DNA of 63,600 nt, the filler included, from Aduncisulcus paluster (Eukaryota): NCBI GenBank assembly GCA_024181965.1. It is 8 parts of 8 records of this genome, joined end to end, with 100 filler letters (N's around TTAATTAATTAA, not from the genome) between each part and the next. Parts side by side here need not be neighbours in the genome. Positions count along the whole stretch, not along the records: positions 1 to 13,704 come from BQXS01012306.1; 7 more parts are not named here. One strand, 5' to 3'. A program made the translations under genes and the position numbers. The notes below the pieces were generated by a model that made no database searches, was not told where the DNA came from, and was given only the letters and a program-made list of their open reading frames with translations. Every line of letters starts with the position of its first letter. Position 1 is the stretch's first letter. This document shows, piece by piece, positions 1 to 12,538 of this stretch.

Positions 1-3000
1 CTTTCCTTTTCTTTTCTTCCTCTTCCAAAATCATAGCATCTTCCACCTCCCATCTTTCTTTATCTTTCTGATCGAGCGTTGCGTCCAATTTATCAAGACT
101 CTCTTTCTCTTGTATGAGCTCATAATCGGACACATTGGAACGCTTCCAGGGCCACCATGGAGCCCTCTCTCTCCTCTCAGAGGGATCTATTTCTTCACGC
201 AGACCATCAACACCCCACTTAGAATGGTGGTGCTCCTCTATCCGTGTAACATGTTTGACAGCAGCCGATGGATCGAGTGCAAGTCTCGCGATGTTGTCCT
301 TGGTGACTCCTGCAGCCCTACGAGTTTCACTTAGCTTCTGCTCACGAACTTTTTCATAATATTTCTTTCTTTCTTCCCATCTCTTGAGCTCCTCTTCCAA
401 GTCACCGTCTTTATAATCTTTCTCATCCTCATCCCTGTCTTTTATGTCTTTCCTTGCAATACGCTTCCAACGACGAATCTTGGTCTCATGCTCAACCCTC
501 TCGCTTCTCTCCTCGTCGGATTCCTTGATGGAGGTGACGACCTCAATGCTACTCGGGAGTTGATAAGCACCTTTATCGTGTGCGATCGCCTTGAGCTCAG
601 GGGTTTCTTCCCCAACAATCAATGATTCCCTTCCATACTTTGTCTCATCGTCATCGTCGCATTGACCAGCAGATGAAGATGCAGAAGTAGATGCAGATGC
701 AGAGACATCAGCAATTTGATGGAGAACAGCCATCCTTCCCCTTTCTACATTTAAGGTGCAGACACTCACACAATACATAACACACTTGTTCACAAGAGAA
801 AGCATATCCAATTCAGCTTGTACTTGACCTCGGATTGAAGAGTCAGACCATTCTGGAATATATGATTTGATTTTCTCAAGGACAGGAGAGGGTTGAAGAT
901 CTTGATACCGGTCCAACTGAGCAGATAGTCTTGTGAAACGGTCTGTATCTTCCTTGACCATCCAAGGTGAAGTTTCTGGTTTCATGACTTCAATTGAATC
1001 TTTTTTGATCATCCACGTGGACACATTCAAGGTTTTAGAAGGAACTATACCAGCTTTTTCAGCACAGATACTCATTGTGAAAGAAGAAGTGCATAAAGGT
1101 TTGAAGATATTCCTTACAAACTCACTCCACATTTCTATTGTACTCATCTCACTAAAGAATATCTTAGTCTTATCCTCCTCATCAAGAGTCAGTTCCTCTT
1201 CTTCCTTCTCTTCTTCTTTTGCCTTCTCTTCTTCTTTTGCCTTCTCTTCTTCTTCCTTCTCCTCGTCTCTCTTCTCTTCTTTTGCCTTCTCTTCTTCTTC
1301 CTTCATTTTCTTAGCATGAAGCTCCTTCACTCTCCTTCCTCGTTCTCCAAAGATAACCATAATGGCCATGCAGACACGCACAGTCTGATTGTTGAGATGA
1401 AGGGCGTGGAATGTGATCATATATCCAATTAGTCTGGTGAGGAATACGATCACAGGGTGCAGGAGATGCAGCTGGCCACACTGGATGATGGTAGAGGCTA
1501 TTCTTGGGAGGAAATTGTGCTCAAGGAACAACTCCACGAGAGGAAGACGCTGGGCATGACTCAGTGAGACTGTCAGAGGCAGGGAAGTCAGTGAGAGTGG
1601 AGTGGAGAAAGGAACGAAACACCATCTGGCTTCTTCAATCTCCCGTGAGTCGTCCTTTCTCTTCTTTGCCTTCTTTGAGGATTCAGAATGGATCTCAGAC
1701 TTGCCCTTCCTGAACTGGTCCTTGGTCATATCGTCAATCAGAATTCCATGGGTAGATCCTGTGAGGCAGGCACACAAGACATCGCGAACACACTCGACAG
1801 AAATGGAATTAAGCATGATATTGACACATTCGACGTGGTTTTTAAGGAAATCGTGTATTTTCTTGGGGAAATACTTTGCAATGAGGGTGAGAATGGTACA
1901 GGCTCGGTCACAACGAATTCGAAGACAATTTAATCTTGTTGTCAAGGGGAAAACAATCTCTCCATTGTCATACTTCAGGTGGTTCTTAGGATCAGAGAGA
2001 ATATCCCAGTGCTTTCCATCGGCTTTTTCTTGGGCAATTATTTCTTCGATTTCTGCACATTTCTTGGTATAAGCCTCCGACATTTCAATTTGCTTGGCCT
2101 TTTCTGCCTTCTCTCTCTTCCTATTCTCCTTCCTTTCTTTCTTAGTTCTTGGAACTCCAAAAACTCTGTTTCGCCAACTAGAATCAACAGGACGATCGGC
2201 TAATTCGTCTTTAAAGAGTTCATGAATATCGTATTTGGTACATTTCAAGTAAATGTTGCGCAAAACACTCAATTCTACAAAGTTACGGTGAATCTCGACC
2301 TCTTTGGAAAACCCAACGGGATTGAAGCCCAATGGTTCCGATAAATCGGAGTCAGATTCTGATTTTTCAGATCCGTGGGATGGAATGGAAGCCTTCAAAC
2401 CACAGATATCTCGAAGGTCGCTCATTTCTTTTTTCATAACAGCTTTGAGGGTGGAGACACTAATTGAATCGTTAAATGTGGAGCTCACTTCTGTTTTCTC
2501 CTCTTTACGTTGGGCTTCAATCTCCTCGACAACTTTTTTAGTTCTGGAATAAATATTTTCTGAAATTTTTTCAGAAACTTCTCCACTCTGGAAAATGGGT
2601 TCAGAAGAAGTTGATTCTTCCTTAGACAGGTCAGGGCTTGCTGGAATATGGATTTTACCGATCCTATACTGCTCAATCTCATCTTTAAAGAGAATACAAC
2701 GCATACAATAAAACAGCCACTTCATGATGTTTTCATCGTCAGCTATACGCTCGAGCGCATTGTATCTAACTGAACTTTTTGCTACAGGCTGTCCAAGACT
2801 AAAAAACTTCTTAATATTGGAGAATATCTTCTCAAAATCGCCTTGCATCCTATCTTTTAAAATGGGAGTTAAGTAATATTTAAGAACAATGAGTAGATTC
2901 TCAGCAACATGGTTTTTCGTCTCGAAACCGTGGATATTATTCAAGGGTGGGAGCTCCTTGAACATCTCTTCAGCAGAATGCTTTTCTTCAGGTTCTTGCT

Positions 3001-3028
3001 TTGGGGGTTTTGCTGGTTCCGTGGACAT
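1..3028 (-). CDS. Large protein (>1000 aa, 3' end beyond window start), possibly SAPS/SIT4-associated (PP6 regulatory subunit)-like
   Basis: Manual translation from ATG 3028 (MSTEPAKPPKQEPEEK...) stayed open over the part checked (to about 1300). It is absent from the ORF track, consistent with no stop inside the window. Segment KYFPKKIHDFLKNHVECVNIMLNSISVECVRDVLCACL resembles the SAPS-domain pattern; acidic/charged tail follows. Confidence 0.45.
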   Translation of the reverse strand, partial: MSTEPAKPPKQEPEEKHSAEEMFKELPPLNNIHGFETKNHVAENLLIVLKYYLTPILKDRMQGDFEKIFSNIKKFFSLGQPVAKSSVRYNALERIADDENIMKWLFYCMRCILFKDEIEQYRIGKIHIPASPDLSKEESTSSEPIFQSGEVSEKISENIYSRTKKVVEEIEAQRKEEKTEVSSTFNDSISVSTLKAVMKKEMSDLRDICGLKASIPSHGSEKSESDSDLSEPLGFNPVGFSKEVEIHRNFVELSVLRNIYLKCTKYDIHELFKDELADRPVDSSWRNRVFGVPRTKKERKENRKREKAEKAKQIEMSEAYTKKCAEIEEIIAQEKADGKHWDILSDPKNHLKYDNGEIVFPLTTRLNCLRIRCDRACTILTLIAKYFPKKIHDFLKNHVECVNIMLNSISVECVRDVLCACLTGSTHGILIDDMTKDQFRKGKSEIHSESSKKAKKRKDDSREIEEARWCFVPFSTPLSLTSLPLTVSLSHAQRLPLVELFLEHNFLPRIASTIIQCGQLHLLHPVIVFLTRLIGYMITFHALHLNNQTVRVCMAIMVIFGERGRRVKELHAKKMKEEEEKAKEEKRDEEKEEEEKAKEEEKAKEEEKEEEELTLDEEDKTKIFFSEMSTIEMWSEFVRNIFKPLCTSSFTMSICAEKAGIVPSKTLNVSTWMIKKDSIEVMKPETSPWMVKEDTDRFTRLSAQLDRYQDLQPSPVLEKIKSYIPEWSDSSIRGQVQAELDMLSLVNKCVMYCVSVCTLNVERGRMAVLHQIADVSASASTSASSSAGQCDDDDETKYGRESLIVGEETPELKAIAHDKGAYQLPSSIEVVTSIKESDEERSERVEHETKIRRWKRIARKDIKDRDEDEKDYKDGDLEEELKRWEERKKYYEKVREQKLSETRRAAGVTKDNIARLALDPSAAVKHVTRIEEHHHSKWGVDGLREEIDPSERRERAPWWPWKRSNVSDYELIQEKESLDKLDATLDQKDKERWEVEDAMILEEEEKKRK

Positions 3029-3465
3029 ACTGCAAGATTTTTTGTGTAAATGTATATCGGTGGGCAAAAACATCTTCAACTAAGAGGTATATGCCTCAGG
3101 TTAAGTTCTCTTTAAAACCGTTATTTTTGACTGTTTATCAGATTTAAATTTAGAGTTTATTTTTAAATTTATTTTTTTTTTTCAATATTCATTGGTCTGT
3201 CCAGATATAGAGATTGTAAGATTGTTGACTCGGAGTTGGATCCTCATTCCACCAATGGACTATTTTGGAAATCAAATATTTTTATGTTCATTATTTACTT
3301 TGATTCTAATATTTATTAAGAAATTTTGTGGCATAAATCCCTCAAAAAGCTCTTGATGACTCATCAATCTGCTCGGAGCAGATGTCACGATATGACAAAG
3401 TATTTCTGGAAAAATCTGAGGATACCATACAATATGATCTGCAATGAATATAGGCAGGTTCAATT

Positions 3466-4137
3466 TTATATACTTTCTTCACTTTGAATTCCTGTTATTT
3501 CAAAGAATTTTTTCGATATTTTCTGAGTCAAATATCCAAAGAATGACATCCGCTCTCCTTTATCGTTTGTGTGTCCTAAATCTTCGAATCTCATTGAAAC
3601 TCCGAATAAATACGGGACATGGAAGAGAAGGTAAGGAGACATGAACAAAAGTTCGAGCACAGAATGAGATACCCAAAACTCAATAATCCAGGCGACAAGC
3701 ATAATGATTCCACTTCCTAATGCGGCCAAGAAGGCTGGGTCATCTAAACGAATAACTGGATGGCTTCTGGAGAACCAGATGAATGAACCCATGGCAAGTT
3801 CAGAAAAGAGGAATGTGAAAAAACTGAGTTCACCTGTACAAAGGAGAATGAAATATACAAGTATCATGGTAACAATTCGCCATATAAGGATTTTCCTAAA
3901 TGTTGTTACGTGATCAGCGGATATTTTGAAAAGGAATAGGGTTCCAAGAACTAGTATGATTAAAAATTAAGGAAAATTAGGTATATTCGAGAAAAATTAA
4001 ACCAATGTTAATAAAATAAATTTCTAAACATAAAAAATGAGTGAGATAAGGAACATATTGAAAATTGACATACCAATGGCGGCTAAAATAACGGCAATAA
4101 AGAAGAAGGCACTTATTATCACTATTAACCCCCACAT
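3466..4137 (-). CDS. TEX261: TEX261/Svp26 (Erv26) family ER-Golgi transmembrane adaptor, 2 exons
   Basis: Exon 1 4137-4074, intron 4073-3951 (GTATGT...TAG), exon 2 joins the 3466-3867 ORF in frame. Splices to MWGLIVIISAFFFIAVILAAIVLGTLFLFKISADHVTTFRKIL...SHPVIRLDDPAFLAAL...VPYLFGVS, matching the TEX261 layout (FPFIxLTSPxFI; IPFAFFVS). Confidence 0.7.
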
Positions 4138-4579
4138 ATTATTATATATTATGAAATTTGATGCCAAAACCGATTCGACATCGCAGTGTGATAACTTGAC
4201 AGTTTATGTTTCTATTTTCAAAATGTTCAAACTGTTTTATTCACAAAAAATCTTCTTACTAATATTATAAATGGTTGCATGAAGACTTAATCCAAATGGT
4301 CACGAAAACTCTGAGAAAATAACCGTTAAAAGTGATTATTCTTTCTAGTCTTTAATTATATTTAATTAAAATGTCTCCATCAATCAGAAATTATGGTTCA
4401 ATAACTCTGTGTTGTCAAAATACAGTTTTTTTGCTAATATTGGAGACTCGCGATTATTAACTATGATTTATTGACGAAAATGATATCATTGAAGGAGAAT
4501 AATGTGTTTCGAAAATATAATTGACCAATTTGACAAATGAAGAAAAAAAAATGTCTCCACTGGAGATCTGGCAGATCGT

Positions 4580-5180
4580 CTACATCCAAGGAGAATTATA
4601 ATCATATGCTTGTGCAAGTCTTCTTGCAAATGGTATAGTGTCCACGGCAATATCTCTCCATGAAAGACTATCACAACCACGGCGAATGATCCTTTTCTCC
4701 CCTCCCTTTTCTGTATCCACAATATAACTCAAGGTCATATCCGATATCATCTGAATGCAACACAAATCGTGTGGATATCCCGAAGTACCGGCAGAAAAGA
4801 ATAATGGAGCACTTAAAACGGAACTGGAACGATGGTCAGTATCACAGCACTCGCACAAATACCATTCTTTTGGGTTGTTTTTCCTTCTCTTTCTCTCTCG
4901 TAATGTTTGACTATTGCCATTACCAAGAGATGATCCCTTAACCTCCTCCCGTTGCTGTATCTTCTTAGCATTGCCTTTACATAACAAGCATTCTCCATAA
5001 CAAGCATTAAACCTCATGTCTTCCCTCACTTTCTGAGTGAACTTCTTGTCTGCTCCTCGCTTCTCAACACACTCACAGAGCCTCCAAAAGAAGAGCTGGA
5101 GAGTCTTGGCACGCATATTATCAACATGGAAAAGGTGAAGAAGAGATGGAGGTTGGATATAATATCTAAAAATAGAATGG

Positions 5181-5213
<33 letters not shown>

Positions 5214-8200
5214 GGTGACTTTCTCATCTTTCTCATCTTTTTCCTCAATCTCTCCCTCTTTCTCTTTTGTTCCAATGATGATTGGGCTTGAATACAGAGA
5301 GAAAGAATCTCCGATTTCTGAAGCAGAGGTGTAAGAGAAAGGTTCTGGAGAGAAATCATTCAAAAGAAGATAATCGTCAATCGAGTCTAAAGATCTTATG
5401 GTCTCAGTCAAATGGGAAAGAGAAGAAGAAGAAGGAGAAGAAGAGGAAGGAGAAGAGGAGGAAGCAGAGATCCTTGTAAAGTTGCCAATTCCTCCAATCT
5501 TCCTTGTATTCTCCCTATTGACCCAATATTCCCATCGGGCAACACTGTTGCATTCAATTCCGTGTCCTGGTTCCTTACTCCTTCCGATGCAAGCCAAGGA
5601 GGCCTGACGATTGGGGGATATAAAGCCAGATTCAGAGTCGAAGGTGGCATAATCATTCACGGGAGTGTGGATATATTTAGATTGTGGCTGAGAAAGACTG
5701 GGAGAACCGCTGGACACTTCAAGAGAGCCTTGTCCGAGGGCAGAATCAACAGGAAATGGTGAAGGGGAGTGTGTTGAAAGCATCGGATCAAGAAGAAGAA
5801 GAAGAAGAAGAAGAAGAAGAAGAGCAACAAAGGTCAGGAATGGATACAGAACAGGCATCCAGATCATCATATTCATCCTCTTTCCCTGCTATCAACAAAG
5901 AGGGACTATTATCACAGATATTTGAAGACACAAGCATGTCCAGAGTAGATACGCACTCTCGGAATGGTGGAAATATATCGATGGGAAGTTCTCCAGAAGA
6001 TGTTGATGTAGATGTTGATGTAGATGTTGATGATCGTTTGTGTCTCCACACAGAGAGACATTCCCTCATGAATTGGAGTTGAGATAAAGCAAATGATTGA
6101 GTTGGTGTGCATAACGCGAGAGTAGAAATAATGGAGAGAAAAGACGATTTGTACTCGGAACACCTATCGAGGAGAAGGGAAGGGAGACTGCGAGAACTCT
6201 TTGAAGATGAAGGATTGAGTGATTGAGAGAGGGGGTTCTTTTGGTCTTCATAACGAACAAACTCGACAGCCGAAAAATCAGATATGCCATGCTGCTCTGT
6301 TCGAATATTTTCTGCTTCCTTTTCTTCTTCCTTCTCCTCTTCTCCTTCTTCCTCTTCTCCTTCTTCCTCTTCGTTATCTTGACATAATGAAATGTCGGGT
6401 ATGGAGCAATCATCCCCGATAGAAATATGACCAGAGTCGGCTCCAAGACCTTCAGAAATTGATTCAATGGTGGCAGATGTCATTGCAGATGAGGACGAGG
6501 ATGAGCTCACACTGACGGATTGGGGATTGAGAGAGCTATTTTTAGAGTTTTTCCCATTAATTCTATTTTTAGAAGAATGTTTAGAATCGGTGTAGCTTGT
6601 GGTTGTGTTATCAGTGACAACAAAACTGGATACATCAAATATTTCTTCCTCTTTCCTCTTCCTCTCCTCTTCCTCCTTTTCCTTATCTCCATGACATTCT
6701 TCGAGTTCTTGATGGTCTGATGTGATAACACCGAATGCTCTAGTTATGAGCTCTGAGATATAGATAGCCAATGCCATTGATGATATCTGCTCTTTAATAA
6801 CCCATAACATCCGAACACTGGAGCGAATACATGGGAAATAGAACAAACGACTTGAAAAATCACAGAGAAAGCGACGCATATTCTCTTGGATTTGTCCATA
6901 TTTAGAACATAGTTTCTCAAAGGATGCCGAAAATAGAGCAGACGATACAAAAGGAGCTGAGTCAGATGTGCCATACTCATTGTTACCATAATTATTACTA
7001 CTATTATCACAAGATAACAGGTGGTGTTGAGTTTCTTTGACAAAAGAAAGAGGAATTTCAGAACCGTCAATAGGAAAACCATCACGATTATCTGTATTTG
7101 TTGTATAAATATCATTATTGCTCTCTTGCATAAATGACTGAATTAATGGATTAGAAGAGGAAGAGGAAGAGGAAGAGGAAGAGGTAGAGGAAGAGGTGGG
7201 GGGTCCACAGACTCCTGGAATTGTTTTAGTTCTTCTTCGATCAGCACAATTTTCCTCAATATCTAAAAATAGAAGAGAATCGGAATCAACTGTGAATGAT
7301 ACCGGATTGACAGAGGAATATGCTATCTGTTGTGCAGAAGTTGAGAAAGAAGAGTCAAGATAAGTCAATTCTTGAATGGATTCCACTAGAGGCAGCGGAT
7401 GGATCGTTTTCTTCTCTCTTTTTCTCTTGAATATGGACGAGATTGATTCGAATCGCTTCGACGATTGAATTGTTTGACGTTCCTCTTCTTCTTTCTCTTT
7501 TCTTTTTCGCTCTTCTTCTTCTTCTTTTTCTTTTCTTTTCTTTTCTTCTTCTTCTTTTTCTTTTTCTTTTCTTTTCCTCTCTTCTTCTTTCTTTTTCCTC
7601 TCTTCTTCCTTCCTCTCTTCTCTTTCCCTTTTCTCTCTCTCTTTTCTTTCTTTTGCTTCTGAAGCTTTCTTTTTTTTATCTTCATCGCTCATGAAAAAGT
7701 CTAAAATTGAGCCACCTTGAGGAGGCTGTTTCTTTTTATATCTCACTGATTTTTTCTTTTCCGCACTGGTTTTTGAAGGTCTATGATCAGTTTCAAACGC
7801 TTGATTATTATATTGTTGAGAAGATCTTCCTTGAATTCTTGAGCTTTTCCTTGGGGAAGAAGAACAAGAGGAAGAAGGTTTTTTCCGGAGAGATTGGATG
7901 GAGGATTTGTTAGTTAAAGGTACTGAGATAAAGGATGTAATATCCTTTTTGTTTGATGAATGTTTGGTGGAATTAGGTTTGGTGGAATTAGGTTTGGTGG
8001 AAAATGATGTGATGGATGAAGTTATTGTCTTATTATAGGTTTTAAATGACTCTGATGTAAGTCTATTTTTAGATACAAATGCAGAATCTACACCGTAGCT
8101 GTCTATGCTCTCTCCGAGCAACCGCTTTAATTCTTTTCCGCGGACTTTCTCAGAACCAACCTCCGGAAATAGACTATATCCAAAGCATTTCGAGATAGAT

Positions 8201-9207
8201 GTTGAAAGTAAACGTGTGTCCGGAGAAGGTAAAGCCAAAATGAAGCCAAATCCATCCAAAATTGAACAAGAAAGAGACGAGGAAGTTCGGCGCTTTCTAG
8301 AAGAGGCGGATTTCTGTGATAAGGCAGATTTTTTCGAAGAACTGCGTTTTGATTGTCCTCCTTTCTTCTTGCTTCCACCCCTTTTTCCACCATACTCGAG
8401 AAAGTCATCGTCATCATCAAAAACATCATTAAGCCAGTCTTCTTCATCAGGACGATAGTCGTCATCTTCCCCATCGATACCGATGGATCTGTGTTTAGAT
8501 TTTGAGAAAGTTGATGGATTACTAAGACTATCGCTGAGATCAACACCACTCATATCATCAGTGGACTCACTGGTTTCGATATCATCAACTTCACTTATAG
8601 TGTACTGTACATTACGCATGGCATTGGATCTTTTGCTTCTTCTGCGTCCATGAGGGTTTTGAAATTGTGTTTTGGATATCTCTTTACGTATCCGAGTTCC
8701 ATCATCAGTTTGAGAAAGATACAACCATGGACGAGAAGTAGGATTCTCTTTACAGGGAATAGAATGAGATGAAAAGTGGGAAAATACATTTCTTATGCGC
8801 CCTTTTGAATGTTTGGCAAAAAACTTGAATAAATTGGAACTATGCTTCGAACAAAGGAGGTAAGGATTTTCATATGGTGTTAATGCAGTGAAAATATCAA
8901 TTAAATGATGATTTAAAGGATCAACCAATCGAGGGTAAGGTATTTTCCAATCTTTGAAGTATTCTATTATTAAAATCACAATAATATGAATATTTTCCAT
9001 AAATTCGGAGTATTAAATTAAAAATATTAATGTAAAAAATTGAAAAAGTATAAAATAAAGAAGATACATACTTTTTGAATCATCATCAAGATATCCGTGT
9101 AATCTCCATACATAGAGCCTCACAATTGACGGATTTAATCCCATTAATTTTGAAAATGAACTGATAAAGACTCGACATTCTTTAAGAAACGCTTCAGTCA
9201 CTTTCAT
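4580..9207 (-). CDS. Large low-complexity protein (~1500 aa) with a Cys/His-rich C-terminus (possible PHD/RING-like finger), broken by two apparent +1 frameshifts
   Basis: Exon 1 9207-9072, intron 9071-8964 (GTATGT...TAG) joins ORF 5788-9000 in frame. Coding-like sequence continues in ORFs 5166-5876 and 4580-5359, with frame changes at (TCT)n near 5790 and (AAT)n near 5181. Motifs CYGECLLC, YLCECCDTDH, HDLCC. Confidence 0.6.
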
Positions 9208-9524
9208 TGGGCCAAAATTCTTATTTCGGCTGTATTATGAAGATGTCCTCAGGTCTGAAATTTATTGGAATTTATTTTTCTTAATTTAAACAATATCAAA
9301 ATGATGATATTATTTTCCCTCATTTTTATCTGTGGAAGTTGGGGATGGCCTCACACGCTAATACAGGCAGAGAATAGCACATTATACTCAATATTCGAAG
9401 TTAAGATATAATTTTCAATAAAATAAGTTTATTAAAATAGTTATTATTTTTATCTATCCACAGCTCATATTTTGTCGCAGACCCCAGATCGCTGTCTTAG
9501 ACCTGAGTTAATATTTTACTTTTC

Positions 9525-11573
9525 ATGATGAATAACACAAGTATGTCATATGTCTAGAAGATTTTCCGGGATGATTTAGCTATCTGACGCTTTTCCAAAT
9601 TATTCACTTTTATCTTTCTTTCATAATTTGAATTTTTCATATTTTTGCTATATATTTTAGGCGATGATTCTGCGCTACCCCCTGATTCATCAAAAATATG
9701 TCTACCGCTATCTCCCGATAAATGTACTTTTTTGGAGGAAGATACATCTGAATCTATGGATTCTGACATTGATATTTCCAAAGATATTGAATGTGTAGCA
9801 CACTCTCAATTGTTAGAAGAGGAAACGATCCAGACAGTTTCCTTTGATCCATCATATACAAAGGAAATTATCGACTACATGTTATTTTTTGAAAGAATTC
9901 ACATTGATGAAATAATTTGGACTCAAAGTTCCACCACAACCCCTTCCCATACACCTGTTCACACCCCTGTCGGTGATGAGTCCAATGTTTTACTTGTTTC
10001 TTCTGTAGCTTCTTCACCTTCTTCTTTTTGCTCAAGTTCTCTGTCTTCTCCCTCAACTTCATCAAGCCATTCCTCAACGAGCGATTCATCCTCATCTGGC
10101 TCAGCTTATTCAGCCTCTCCAGCTTACTCATATTCTGCTTCACAATCTCCAGAGTCCAATCCTGTTGCATCGCCAATAGTTTCACCAAATGTTCCGCCTT
10201 CTCAAACATCTTTGGCTTCTTCTTCCTCCTCTTCCTCTCTTTCTTCCCCTGCTCATCGCCCTTCAGGTTCACTTTCTGCATCTTCACTATCTGCATCTTC
10301 ACTATCTGCATCTTCTTTACACTCTTCTCCTATTTCCCAAGCTTCCCATTGCACTCGTGTCTCTCCATCAGGTTTACAGCAACTTAGTTCTGGACGCTTC
10401 ACTCCTGCTCGCCATCCACCCCAACCTGCTTTAAGCGTCAACTTTGTGATAAGCTCTTGGTTTCGTGCTCGTCTTGTTGAGTGGAGCATGCAACTTCGTG
10501 ATTTCTATTCGTTTAGCCAGGATGTGATCTCTCACTCGATTTATCTTTTTGACAGAATGTGTGTTCGTCTTTCAAAGTTTCAAAAACGTCTATCAAAGGC
10601 ACAAGGAATGGTTTGCATGCTATCTTGCATCGTGATTGCATGCAAAGTCCAAGAAGTGTCACATCCTCCTTTCTCTGAACTTGTTGGGTGGCTCCAGAAT
10701 GTGAAACTCGATGCCCGTGCTCTATGTGTGAATGAACTCTCCATCTTACGCATTTTATTGTTTGACATATCCCCATGTCCTCCAACAATCCATTACTTTG
10801 TTAGAATTCTCTGCTCTGTCCTCTCCGTTTCTTCCATTTGCTCGTCAATTTCTCTTCCTCGTACATCATCTGTCGAAGCTTCCGTTGATCCTTCGTGCTT
10901 TGGGCTTGCTGAAGAGGATGATATGGACTCCTCTGATGTGAAGCCTCGAGGTGGTTTGACTCATGGATGTGAGGGGGGGAAAGGTGAGTCTGATAATGCC
11001 TTGGATCTCCTCAGTGAGGTTGTTCGAAGTGCTTTCGGACGTTCTTCTTTCATTTCCGAATCTGAAGAAGCTAATGCTGAACGGTTTGGGAAGAAAAAGC
11101 TTGGTTATGCTGCCAGTATTGGTTCATGTACCTCCAAAGGTTCTTCATTCTTGAGTGTTCGTTCGAGTGGAGAAGAAGAATGTGTATCGAAAGATATTGA
11201 TGTTTCTGGTGAAGATGATGATCATGGCAATTTGATGGAGCATTACAGGGATGGGTTTATGTTGTTTTCCGCCCTGTCGATTGCTGATTGTTCTTTGTTT
11301 GAACCCTATCTATCCATGCAGATATATCCCTCTGTTGTGGCCGTAGCATGTGTTGTCATCGCTCACTATATTTTCTGTGACATCTCTATGGTTACTTTGA
11401 CAGAAGTGTTAAGGATTGCCTCAAATCTGTTCAAGATCAACCTTCCTGGGAAATTTGGAGAGTGTCTGAAGAAATTACTGAAGCAAGTAGATCACTCCTT
11501 TGAATTGAAACCTCCTCAAAAACGGAGAATGGAGGAACTCGGTAACTTTGCCAGGAAATTCGTTGAAAAATAA
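9525..11573 (+). CDS. Cyclin (A/B-type-like cyclin box) with Ser-rich N-terminus, 2 exons
   Basis: ATG 9525, intron 9541-9660 (GTATGT...TAG) in frame. Cyclin box FRARLVEW...SIYLFDR...CIVIACKVQE...NELSILRILLFDI; C-terminal YPSVVAVACV. Confidence 0.85.
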
Positions 11574-12538
11574 GGAAGTTAAAGACAAGATTATTTCTTC
11601 AACTCACAATATTAAGCTTATTATTATTATTTTGTTATCAACAATTGATTTTTTGTATTTTCTAAATCTATTTTTATGGTTTCAAGATCTATTTTGTTGT
11701 AATATTTTACCATTTTATTGTTTTGTGTTTCTTTTTAGGTCAATATTATGAGACCAAATCTCTTAATATTGATGAGTTTCATGTTATTGTTTTTTTTTAA
11801 AAAAAAAAAAAAATCTATGGTTTTGGTGCGTAGATTCTTGTAAATTTCTAATTTTTTTTGCGGATTATTTTTAATTTCTGCCGTTTTTTGTTTTTTGTTT
11901 TGTTTGTTTTTTGTTTTGTTTGTTTTTTTAATAATATTTTTAAGGTCGTACTTAAAAACTTATAGTACAGTTAGTTAGTATTAAAACTGGATGATCAAAG
12001 TCAAGTTTTCTATCTCTTTTGATCTCTTGGCAAAACTATGAGACTATTTTGAGCATTTTTTAGATCTATTTGTAGATTATTTTTTTTTTTCTGGTCTTCT
12101 AACTAACAACAGGTGACCATTTTGCAAAGGCCTTGTCACCTGTATATTTAATCTCGATTGTTTTTGTTTTTGTTTTGAATGTGGTTTGATGGTTAAATCG
12201 ATTGTTTGTTTGATTTTCTGAAATGGTTGATTTTTTATAATCCCTGTTTCATTTCTTGCTTTTTTGGTAATTCTACATGTATGAAAGTATGATAGGTGGT
12301 GATTTTTGAACGCTTTTGAATAGTTCCTATCGCTAAGTTTGTTCATAATTGAATTACTATGGTTCAATTATTTCCCTTATTCATGGTGACCCACCATTGG
12401 TGAGAATAGTTTCACCGAGAATCTCTTTTGAAGATTCAATAAACAGATCTAATAATATTTTAATAGATCTACATCTGAATTAAAATTTAAAAATGTAAAA
12501 AAATCTTCGTTCTTTTTCAATTCCTATCATAATATCGA

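Noticed and set aside
110..3083. Numerous short + strand ORFs
   Set aside because: Antisense shadows of the long minus-strand gene; same for the Ser/Phe-rich ORFs opposite other genes.
7480..7680. Pyrimidine-rich repeat array
   Set aside because: Encodes the Lys/Glu/Arg charged helix of the minus-strand protein; not a CRISPR array or satellite.
12383..12416. Two adjacent small hairpins in intergenic DNA
   Set aside because: Stems of only 5-6 bp with no recognisable RNA motif.
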